Part shown: in pieces, positions 28,267 to 40,098 of the stretch
How the letters are laid out: every line of letters starts with the position of its first letter
How positions within the stretch are numbered: the first letter of the stretch is position 1
Assembly: GCA_964016885.1 (NCBI GenBank)
Contig: OZ024740.1
Span: 290,284,001 to 290,348,000, forward strand
Origin: Eledone cirrhosa
Taxonomy: Eukaryota
Direction of reading: 5' to 3'
DNA length: 64,000 nucleotides
Translations under genes and position numbers: made by a program
Notes under the pieces: model-generated
The model's database searches: none
What the model saw: the letters and a program-made list of their open reading frames with translations, nothing else
What the model was told of the DNA's origin: nothing

Positions 28267-28822
28267 TTAATTTATCGTGATATTTCGCTCCTAATAACAG
28301 TCTTTCCTATCTCTGTTTGGTTGAGCACACTTCTCTGAGTGGCTTTGAGCTGCCCTTTCTAGCAGTTCGTCCCTCAGAGGCCACTGGTTCACTGCCTTAA
28401 ACACGCTGTGACTTCTCTCTCCCACGTGTAGCTGGACAGTCAATTTTAAAATTCTCTTAGTGTTGTCTGAAATGTATAGCCTTACACACGCTGATGAACC
28501 GAGACTAACCCATTTCTTTCAACAATTTATTGGTGAAACATAACTTTGGATTTGTACGTGTGTTATATAGTTATAGAGGTATTTATTTACGCTTTAATTT
28601 AAATTTTTAATTATCGTGTCTATAGTCTGCCTTTCATAGGTTATAGATTCCATACACTGGTGGTTTTTTTCCCTGTCTTATTGATAACGCACTGTATATC
28701 TCTCTCTGGTGTGTTACCTTTTCAACATATTGTATTTTAAAGAGCTCAGGATCTCTTCTCCTTTGAGCACATTATTTACAGGGAATAGCGAGGGCCTATG
28801 CCTCCGTTAATTTATCGTGATA
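28267..28822 (+). mobile_element. 540-bp hammerhead-containing unit with 16-bp terminal redundancy (retrozyme or pLTR-like)
   Basis: Begins and ends with TTAATTTATCGTGATA (28267, 28807). Related copies at 24779-25145 and 48683-49428. Confidence 0.88.
28484..28563 (+). ncRNA. Type-I hammerhead ribozyme (540-bp family)
   Basis: ACACACG-CTGATGA-ACC..GGT-GAAA-CA..TG-TA^CGTGTGT. 7-bp stem I, GUA triplet. Confidence 0.85.
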
Positions 28823-28834
28823 CACACACACACA

Positions 28835-28918
<84 letters not shown>

Positions 28919-28947
28919 GCACACGTGAATATATATATATATGTCTG

Positions 28948-29000
<53 letters not shown>

Positions 29001-29209
29001 GCACATACATATATACAGATTATATATGCAAGTATGCATAAGTTAATATATACATTTATTTTGTATAGTACATACGATTTTTCAATTTCCGTTCCACATT
29101 TCACATAGACATTGTCATAACCCAAACTAATTCAATTTGTTTGAATTATATATTGCGCACTTTTGTGATAGACGTGTTTTGAGGATGAGTAATGATGTCC
29201 CGTGTGCAT

Positions 29210-29393
29210 TGTGAATTGGCAGTTTCGGTAGAGGGTTGGATATGCTTTCCAGCATAGTTACGTCCCTTTGCGATCTGAGTTCAATTCCCGCCGAGGTTAA
29301 CTTTGCCTTTCATCCTTACGTGGTCGATAAAATAAAGTATCAGTAATGCACTGGGATAATTGCTGGCCTTGTGCCAAAATGTAGAAACAATTA
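29210..29393 (+). mobile_element. Nin-domain-type SINE
   Basis: GTTCAATTCCCGCCGAGGTTAACTTTGCCTTTCATCCTTACGTGGTCGATAAAATAAAGTA...GTAGAAACAATTA. Confidence 0.85.
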
Positions 29394-29426
29394 TATCTAT
29401 CTATCTATCTATCTATCTTTCTGTCT

Positions 29427-32400
29427 GACGCGTGGAACATCGCCGGTAAGCTTTTTTGTTAATTTCTATGCAAAAAACCGAACTAATTGTTTGAAAAAAC
29501 ATAACACTTTGTAGATTAACCCTCAAGCTGAATTGTCAGATGGGTGGTAATCCCATTTTTCGCCCCTGTATAGGCGAACATTTTATTTTTAAAATTTGTT
29601 TTAAAATATCAGATTTTACAAACTAAATAACTTGAGCAACACAAGAACGCTGGAGAACGTCAATAGAGAAAAGAGAGAGAAAGAGGCAGATATTAACGTT
29701 ATATCTGCTTCTGCTACTATGGACGTCGCCATAGATACAAGTGTCAACAAAGAGAAAAATATATTAACACTTGAAAATTTTAAAATTTCTACCGTCGAAG
29801 CGGAGAGAAATAACAATAACACACAGGAAAACACAGCAATCAAACCCATTAACATACATACACATGAAAAAGACATCAACAACTCTACAGATACATATAC
29901 ACATAATGTTTCACCTCGACAAGGAACTGAGATTTCCAACAACGATAACAACAACAACAACAACAACAACAACAGCAGCAACACCACACAAAAAAAGAAA
30001 ATGTCTTTCGCTGAAACATTGAACAAAAAACAAGATTTTATAAATCTTGATATCTCCAACTCAAGAGATATGCTCCAGCAAGGGAGAAAATTTGTAACTT
30101 TCGAAGAAAGAGATGGGTTTAGAATTAACCCACCCCTTGAAATAAAGGAAGACACAATCCGAAGATCAGTCACTTTTAGGACTGTGTCAAATTCCACAAG
30201 AAAGCCGACATTTGTTAACCAAGCAGATATAGAAGATACTTTCAAGGAAATTCTAGCAAATGTCGATTTTCTCCAGCGAGGAAAACAGTATGGAAGTGTT
30301 TCCGTACTGTTTAAAATCGAGGCACTCGCCCCCAAAAACTCTGTGACACCAATGGTGTCAAAAGCATACAACTGTTTCCCTACATACATGGGAAAAAGGA
30401 CACAAAAAATAAAAATAAAAAACATACCTCCAAACATTAACATCTGGTGGATCTTGGCTGGCTTCATAGAGTCAGAATCTGATATGATACTTTCGATACG
30501 AAAATCTATTCGACAAAGGTGGGCGGGCACAGATTTGGAGATTCTGTTGCAAATGAAACCGAAGAGAATCTCCAAAATACCCGAAAGAGTCGTTATCGAT
30601 AATAACAACAAAATAAACATTTCGGTAGAAGGACGAAAATTTCACTGCTTTCGCGGTGGTAGCACAGCACACCTAAAAGCCTCTTGTCCACAGACACACA
30701 ACATCATAAAAAAACGCTATTATCAACACCAACACCAAAACAACCACCACCACCACAAGTACAACGACAGACGAAACGAGCAACCACACCAAAACAAACA
30801 GACACTCAACCAACAACAACAGAAAAAACAGAGACAACAACCCTGAAGAACACAGCCCCACTCCATCCCACTCCATCAAACACTACCACAAACACACACA
30901 CCGAAACACCACCACCACACAACATACCCTTACCCCACACACCTGACGATGATTATTCATCGACGGATGAAGCTGCTTCTCCTTCTTTAAGTGAAGAAGA
31001 GGGAGAACCGCGGAAATATAAAAAAGGAGACACCACAAAACCCCCAAAACTTCAATCACCAACACCAACACACAACCACAGACACAAACAACAACACAAA
31101 CAACACCACAGTCAAACATCCACCTATCAGCAAAACCAGCACCAACACCACCCCAAACACAAGCACCCACCATAAAAAGAAAACTCCTGGACGAACAACA
31201 AACTAAAACAACACAACAAAAACACAAACAACAATACGCATGCATGAACACAAACAACAAGAGTTTGATGGAGGTCATGTCCCAAAACCCCAAGGTGGAG
31301 ACGGAGGGCAAAACTTTCGTCAAGGCAGAATCGTCTCCACACCTTAAACTTATAAGGGTTTCTATGGAAACCTATAATGACCTAAAAAATAAATTCTCAC
31401 AGGACGTGGGCAACCCCTGCCACAAACCCATCAACCACGTCCTGTTAAAATGTTACCCCACCCATCCAGCACCCAAATGGAGATTGAACAACCCGATCTC
31501 CAGGAAACGAAAAGGTAAGTGCACCTTTCGTCCTTTTTCTCCAACTCTTCTTCACCAACATGGCTAGATTACGAGTTGGAAGCGTGAATGTGCGTGGCCT
31601 AGGGATACCCTGGAAACAAGGCCAACTTTTAAACGACCTTAGGTCACACAGTATCGATGTGATAGCCATCACCGAGTCCAGGATCCACAACAGGCAGCAA
31701 ATAACCCCCATCTTCGACGACTTTGAGATCTACGCATCTCTCTGTCAGCCAGGAGGTGGAGGTGGAGTGGCTGTCATGTTTCGGAAGAACCTGGACGTCA
31801 GAGTACAGCAAGTACACTTGGACCCGGAGGGTAGACTGGTAGTCCTAGATGTGAACAGTATCGGAGGTGGAGCCTTCAGACTGGTGGCCGTTATGCCCCG
31901 ACCGGGCAATCGCAATTACGGCCAGACTTCTTTAAGCGTCTCGAGTCTTTTCTGGGAACGTCTCGCTCCTTACCTTTAGTGGTGGACTGGAATGGTATCC
32001 TAGATGCACGATGGGACTATGTGGGAGCATATCCCAGTAGAGCGGGGTGCAACAGCCTCAAAACTTTAATCGGCCAATTCCAACTGGCCGATCGGTATCG
32101 ACCGGATTTCCCGACTGCACCACAGTGGACGTGGGCAAACCGCAGTGAGACATCTAGATCGTATTTAGATAGGTTCATTAGAGATGTTAAGCTGTCCACG
32201 AATGCACATGGTTGCCTATTCAGATCACAAGTTAGTCGTCTGCTTAGTCAACCGTGATAGAATACATAGACAGGGTCCCGGATACTGGAAGCTGAACGTG
32301 TCGTTGCCGGCACGTAAAGCTTACAGTGAACGGATAAGTAGACTAGTCAAGCAACAGTTAACGGGAGCCATCGTCAACAATAGATGGTGGTACTCTCTCA

Positions 32401-34672
32401 AGAAAGCAATTAGAATAGAATCGATATGGTATAGCAGGGAGTTAGCATTAGAGAAAAACAGAATAGAAACAGAACTAGTAGCCAAGGTAGAGGAGGTACT
32501 TAGAAGTGGCAACGCGGCTAGAGTGTTAGCGTCGAGAACGGCACTGGACCGGTTCTTGGATGCAAAACACGAAGGCTGCGTGGTCAGAAGCAAAACACGT
32601 GCTCTAGGAAACGAAGGAGCGAAAGCTGTCAGCTGGGCCCGAGTGGCGGAGGCAAAAAGTGGCAACAAGTCCACGATTCGGTCTTTGAAAGGCCAAAACG
32701 GACGCGTGCTACTTGACCGCAAGCAAATGTGCGCGGCCTTTCAGCGGCACTTTGCGCGACTGTTTGAGCAGAACGAGGGTGAGCCGAACGGGGCCATGGA
32801 CTTTAGTTCATACCTCGACGGCCTGCCGCGTCTCTCGAACACGGACGCCGAGTTATGCGAAAGACCAATCATGGACACTGAGATACGGGACGCTCTGGGC
32901 CGCTGCGGGAAACGCAAGTCACCCGGTCTAGATGGTCTACCCTACTTATTTTACATAGGCATGCCGGACTTGTCCTCTGGCGTCCTCGAAGCCGTCTACT
33001 TTAATTGGCAGCAGAACGGGAGAATTCCCAGTTCTGCAGGCAAGGGCGTAGTAACGCTGATCAGGAAAGACGAGAACAAGGGGGACGAAATTAACAACTT
33101 CAGGCCCATAACTCTGCTCAACACAGAGTTAAAGATTTTGGTCAAGGTGCTAGCGACGAGGTTGGCGCTTGTCGTCGAGAACCTGGTAGGGAAAGCGCAA
33201 ACGTGAGCAATCCCGACTAGGTCCATACACGACAACCTCCACCTCATGCGATACATCATAGAGAGGGTGGGTAGTAAACCCGGCTTCGGTGGGGCTCTGA
33301 TCAACTTGGATCAGTCTAAGGCATTCGATAGGGTCGACCATCGATACTTGGAAGCGGTTCTCAAGGTGGCCGGTTTCGGTCCCGTGTTCAGAGGATGGAT
33401 CGAGGCGATGCACACCAGCTTCTGCTCGAGGGTCAAGGTGAACGGCTACCTATCGCAGCCGTTCGCAATCACGCGTTCCATTCGACAGGGGTGCCCTCTC
33501 TCCTCTATTCTGTATTTATTGACTCTAGAGCCACTACTGCGGAAATTGGAGCTGTTGCAGGGCATCCCTCTAGAACCGGGACTGCGCAAAGCGGCGTCGG
33601 ATTATGCCGACGACGTTACGGTAATGGTGTCGAGCACCCCGGAAATCGGGGTGATCGGCAACTTACTGAAAGAATACGAAACGCTGACGGGAGCAAAACT
33701 AAACCCGGACAAGTCTGTCGGTTTGCAATTCGGTACGTGGAGAGGCAAACCGATGACGTCCGGCAAACCGATGACGGACGGACTGGTGAAATTGCTCGGG
33801 ATCTGGTTCGGTCCGGACCTCCAGGTGGAGAAAAACTGGAACGAGGTCAGGGCCAAGGTGTTTGCACTCATCCAGAAGTGGGCAGAGTGCAAACTGTCCT
33901 TGAAAGGTCGAGCGGAGGTGGCGAACACTTTCACCGCTTGACTGTCGTGCCTTGTCCCCGTGAACACCTCGCCAAGATGGATCGCATGCTATTCCAGTTT
34001 CTGTGGAAGAAGCAGGCTCCGCTGGTGAGGAGATCCGTCTGCTGTCAGAACCCTTCCAACGGAGGGCTGGGAATCCCGTGGCTGATGATGCGCAAACATG
34101 CGCTGAGGCTGCGGCATCTCCAGGTATTCCTCACCGACCCCCAACCGGTGTGGGCACCATTTGTGAGACAGGCTTTCCCACAGCTCGTCTCGCTGACGGA
34201 GCTGCAGTCCTGGGTGAAGAAAAGACCGAACACGATGGGCGCCTGGCACATTGAATGCGCTCAGGCGCTCACAGTCCTCTGGCAAGTGGGCGCAGAAATC
34301 AGTGGAGACTCCACTTCGACATTCTATAGAGGGATTGTACGTTACAAGGGCGACGACGTGCTCGGAGAGACTCTGGGCGTCGAAGATGATGAGCTCACCA
34401 GTCTTTGGTAGGACTTTCCGCCCGGGACCTATGGACAACTTCCAGAGGTCCCTGGCCTGGCAGTGCTACTGAGGAGCTCTACCGTTTCGTGACAAGATCT
34501 ACAGGCACGGACACCCCGGCAGGACGTGTCCAATATGCGCGAAGGACATTGAAACAGTTCTGCACGCAATTGTACACTGCCCGGGCGTAACCGACCTGTG
34601 GAACTATGCAGAACAACTGTTGTCGCGTATGGGACAAATCCAGTTGACTGCCGAGTGCATAGTAAGGATCAA
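29427..34672 (+). mobile_element. L1/Tx1 element 1 (decayed, 3' end missing)
   Basis: ORF1 ~29632-31518 with a knuckle remnant. ORF2 from ATG 31560: SVNVRGL, ITES, DWN, SDH, KSPGLDGLP, NFRPITLLN, LDQSKAFDRVDH, RQGCPLS, YADD. Many frameshifts. Confidence 0.92.
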
Positions 34673-34853
34673 AAGATTTTTTATCTTTCGAAAAATGTCC
34701 TACTTTGATAAAAATGGCTGAAGCATCTTCACCACCATTCAAAGAAAGAAAAGGGAAGCTAAACTCACAGCTTCCCCCTACCACTGTCACAGCAAAATAT
34801 GACCGACCTGCTCACCAACAACTTGATGTAGCCACAACTACACAAGAAATCGA

Positions 34854-34918
<65 letters not shown>

Positions 34919-37900
34919 GCAACAATAAAGACAACAAAAACAACAACACCAACAATGATAACAACAACATCACCAACTACAACAGCAATACGAACAAGGA
35001 AAAGGTCTCCTTTGCCCAGACTGCAAGGAAAACCCTCGACTATCTGCCAGTAGATATAAGCAAAGCGAAGGAGCTACTGGCAGATGCCAAAAAATACATA
35101 GTGTACGGGGAAAATGGATCATTTTTCGATCCACTCATCCCCCCCCCCCCCCCGGAACTAAAAAGCCAAGAAACTCCTAAACACTGTCATGTTTAGGACA
35201 GTCTCAAACAAAAGCAAAAAACCAGCTCAACCATCATAGAGTGAGATAGAGCTGGTTTCAAAAGATGTCATGAAAGACATCATATTCATTCAGAAGCATA
35301 GACTCTATGGGAGTCTATCCTTCTACGTACATGGGTAGAAGGACACAAAAAATAAAAATTCACACCATCCTTCCGATTATGGACATATGGTGGGTATTGA
35401 CAGGTTTCCTGGATCTAGACGATGACACACTAATATCCATGGGAAAGGCATCGGGTGACGCGTTCAGTAGAACGGGCCTCGAACTTGTAATTCAAATGAG
35501 GCCCGAAAGGATCGCCCAGATCCCTGAACGCGTCATACTGGATGATCAAACTTTTATCAACATTACCGTCGAGGGTAGGCGGCCCTCGTGTTACCTCTGT
35601 GGAGCCAGAGGTCACCTGAGGGCTGTCAGTCCTCAACTTAAAAAGAAAACCCCAATCCTGCCTATACCACCAACAACTGCACAACCAACAAAATCACCAC
35701 AACCACCACTACAAAAACAACAACCACAGTCCAAACCAAAACAAAACGCTGTCCAACACCCCCCCCCCACTAAAAAAAACAAACAATTTCCAAAGCACCC
35801 GCACCGCAAACACAACCCGAAAATCTACCCCTCCCCTTCAACGCGGAAGATGACCCTCGTTCGTCGTCAGACAAGGAGGAACACTTCCACACAATCAAAA
35901 GAAAAAAAAGAAAACACACCTCAGACACACAAATGAAAACAACCCCTCCCACAACATAACACAGACACTAACACAAAAGAGCACACAACAACAGCAAACA
36001 AAAAACACCACACAAAAACAAAAACATGCATGCACATACATAAACACAAGAAATAAAAAACTGCTAAACATTGTATACAACAACAATTTAGTAAAAACCC
36101 AAGAGCCTAACTTCACCCAGGCAGGGGATTTCCCCCACCTCAAAATGATTAAGGCCCCAGAGGACACATATAAAACATTAAAAAACAACTTTAAAGAGGA
36201 CCTGCCCCCCCCCCCCCCCTTCGTCGGGCCCATTAACCCCGTCCTCCTAAAAAATTTCCACACCCCCTCCCAAACATCCCAACCACACAACACACTGATG
36301 CCCCTAGACTTCCACAAACCACCACCCCACACAACAACCCATCCCCCAACCTCATGGAAATTGTGCAGCCCGATACCCGGGACGCAGAGAGGTAAGTGCC
36401 TTTTCTCTTCACCACCAACATGGCTATGCTAAGAGTAGGCTGTCTAAATGCGCGTGGCCTGGGCTCAACTTGGAAGCAAGCAATGCTGCTAAATGACCTC
36501 AGGTCACAACGTATAGATGTGATGGTTATTTGCGAGGCCCGGATCAGCAACGTGCGACAGCTGGCCCCCACCTTTGACGACTTTGAGATGCACGCATCTC
36601 TCTGTCAGCCCGGAGGTGGGGGTGGGGTTATCGTTCTGCTACAAAAACATCTGGGTCTCGCAACACAGACGGTACATTTGGACCCGGAGCGTCGACTAGT
36701 GGTTCTGGACCATGGCAGTGGTGAAGGCGGAACGTTTAGGCTGGTAGCCATCTACGGCCCTTTTGGGTCAATGCGGCCGGACATCTTCCATCGTCTGGAG
36801 ACTTTTCTAGGGACGTCCCGCTCCTTGCTATTAGTGGGGGACTGGAATGGTATCATAGATGCACGTTGGGACTACGTAGGGGCCTGTCCCGATAGAGAGG
36901 TGTGTAACAGCTTCAAAGGGTTAATCGGTTGATTTGACCTTGCCGATAGATATCGAATAGATTTTCCGACTGCACCAACCTGGATTTGGGCAAACCGCAG
37001 CGGATCATCTAGGTCGTACCTAGATAGGTCCTTAGTTAGAAAAATAAGGATAAGGATTTTTTAAGTTGTTCAAAAATGCTCATGGTTGGCTATTCTGACC
37101 ACAAGTTAGTGACCTGCTTGGTCAACCTTGACAGAACGCATAGACAGGGACCCGGTTACTGGAAGCTCAACTTGTCCTTATCGGCAAGTAAGGCTTACAG
37201 GGACCGGATTAGCACTTTAGTTGAGGTGGGGATCTCTCAAAAGAGAGATTAGGGTAGTCTCTATAGAATTTAGTAAGGAGTTAGCCTCAAATAGAAATAG
37301 GAAGGAAAGGGAGTTGGTAGATAGTTTAGAAGAGGCAATTAGAAGGGGCGACGTGGCCAGAGTGCTAGCGTCGAGAACGGCCCTGGGCCAGTTCTTCGAC
37401 GCGAAACACGAAGGCTGCATCGTCCGAAACAAAATACGTGCTCTGGGAAACGAGGGGACAAAAGCTGTTAGCTGGGCCCGCGTGACAGAAGCCAAAAGAG
37501 GGAGTAGATCCACTATCCGGTCTTTGCGAGACCAGGATAGACGGGTGATCCTTGAACCTAAGCAGATGTGCGAGGCTTTTCAAAAGCATTTTCCAGATTG
37601 TTCGGAAGGTGCGGGGAACAGATTGCGGGGAACGGCCTGTTGCGTCTCTCGGACAGGGAGGCGAAGTCCTGCGAGGAGCCGATTTCAGCCGCTGAGATAG
37701 AGGACGTGCTGAGCCAATGCGGCAAACGCAAATCCCCGGTTCTCGATGGTCTTCCATACGAACTATATCTAGCTATGCCGGACTTGTTCCCCGATCTCCT
37801 CGAGGCGGTCTACTGCAACTGGCAACAGAACGGGAGAATTCCCTGTGCTGTGACCAAGGGTGTAGTCACGCTAGTGAACACGACAAGGAGAGAACAAGGA

Positions 37901-40059
37901 CGAGGACAAGGGGGACGATGTAAATAATTTCAGCGTTACAGATTTTGGCCAAGGTGCTAGCCAAGAGGTTGGCGCTTGTCGTGGGCAACCTGGTGGGAGA
38001 TGCGCAGATATGTGCTATCCCGTCCAGGTCCATCCACGACATCCTCCACCTAATGCGATACATCATAGAGAGGGTTGGCAACGAACCCGGCTTTGGTGGG
38101 GCCCTGATCAACTTGGATCAATCTAAGGCGGTCGATAGGGTCGACCATGGTTACCTGGCTGCGATGCTAGCGGCGGCAGGCTTCGGACGCGTTTTCAAGG
38201 GCTGGATCACTGCCATGCACAGCAGCCGCATCTGCTCTAGGGTCAAGGTGAAAGGCTACCTCTCGGAACCGTTCGAAACCACGCGGTCCATCCGACAATG
38301 GTGCCCTCTCTACTCCCTTCTCTATGTAATGACTCTAGAGCCCCTGCTGCGGAAGTTGGAGTTGTTGCAGGGCATCACGTTGGAACCGGGATTGCGGAAA
38401 GCAGTGTCGGCCTACGCCGATGACGTAACAGTAATGGTGTCGACGGACTTGGAAATCGGGGCGATCGGCACCTTACTGAAGGAGTACGAAAGGTTTACAA
38501 GGGCTAAGCTGAGCCGGGACAAGTCAATCGGTCTGCAACTCGGCACGTGGATGGGAAGATCGATGGCCTCCGACGGCGCCGTTGGGCGCTGGACGGAGGG
38601 CCCGGTGCAGTTGCTCGGGGTTTGGTTCGGACCAGACCTCCAGATGGAGAAGAACTGGGGTGAGGTAACGAACAGGGTGTTTGCACTGACCCAGAAGTGG
38701 GCCGTGTGCAAACTGTCCCTGAAAGGTCGGGCGGAGGTGGCGAACACTTATATAGCATCCGTCATCTACTACCGCCTGACCGTTGTGCCTTGCCCAAGGG
38801 AAACGCTCGCCAAAATGGAGCGCGCACTCTTCCAGTTCCTTTGGAAGAAGCGGGCTCCTATGGTGAGGAGATCCATCTGCTATCAACACCCTTTGAAAGA
38901 AGGGCTGGGACGTCGTGGCTGATGATGCGCAAACACGCATTAAGGCCACGGCACCTCCAGGTATTCCTCACCGGTCGACCGATGTGGGCCCCATTTGTGA
39001 GGCGAGCCTTTCCCAGACTCGTCTCGCTCACCGAGCTGCAATCCTGGGTCAAGCAAAGACCGAGAAAACTAGGCGCCTGGCACACCGAGTGTGCCCAGGC
39101 GCTCACGTCTCTCTGGCAGGCGGACCCGGCTGTCAGTGGAGAATCCACCTCGTCATTCTATAGCGGGCTGGTGGTTAGCAGGTGCGACGACGCCCTCGGA
39201 GAAGCCCTAGACATGGAGGAAAACGAACTGGCCAACCTGTTCGGTAGGACATTCAGCCCGGGACCTATGGATAACTTCCAGAGGTCCCTGGCCTGGCAGT
39301 GCTACCGAGGGGCTCTGCCCGTTCGAGAAAGGCTCTACAGACACGGGCGCCCGGGTAGGGACTCCTCGAAAGAGATCTGTCCCAGATGCGTGTGCGACGA
39401 GGAAACCGTTGCACACGTATTGGTACACTGCTCGGGTATTGCCGATCTGTAGAGCTATGCCGAACGACTGCTGTCACGAGTGGGACCGATCCGGTTGACC
39501 ACCGAGTCTATTGTAACGATCAAGCCGCCTACCCTCTTCATAAACGAAAGAGAGGCGGTGTTTCTGTGCTTAATAACCATGGTGAAAGAGGTTGTATGGT
39601 GGACGCGTCTGAAAGGACTGAGGTCAGACACCTTTCTCTCTGGCCAACAACTGGTCCGTTTCTTCCGATATCATTTCGGAAGAAGGATCAGGATGGAGAG
39701 AGAGGTGCTGCACCCCAGCCGTTTTTATGAAAGATGGGTGAAAGTGGCGAGAATGGCCTGTGTGAATGGGCCTTCATTCTATATCAGACTGTAGGTGAGA
39801 AAGATATATGATCAAGGGAGCACCCTTTCTCTGTGCTCCTGAGGAGAAGGGTTGCACACTTTTTCGGGGGGGTGATCCCCCAAGGCGCCTCCTCCCTATT
39901 GAGGATTTTGTTATTCAATTTATTTTTGTTATATTTTATATTTTTATATTTTCATATTTTGTTATTGCCTCCTCCTTATTGAGGACGCCATTTTATGTAA
40001 ACTCCCCCCATTGTACTTGTCCCACTCTTTGACGCCCTGGTGGCAAATAAAAAGAAAGT
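34673..40059 (+). mobile_element. L1/Tx1 element 2 (decayed, most of the 5' UTR missing)
   Basis: ORF1 34714-36395 (CYLCGARGH). ORF2 36420-39794 with APE, YADD and CPRC..H...HC. AATAAA then (TATC)n. Confidence 0.93.
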
Positions 40060-40098
40060 TATCTATCTATCTATATATCTATCTATCAATCTATCTCT

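Noticed and set aside
29616-30620. 334-aa minus-strand ORF and similar antisense ORFs over the LINEs
   Set aside because: Shadow frames of the A/C-rich Tx1 and Dong coding strands.
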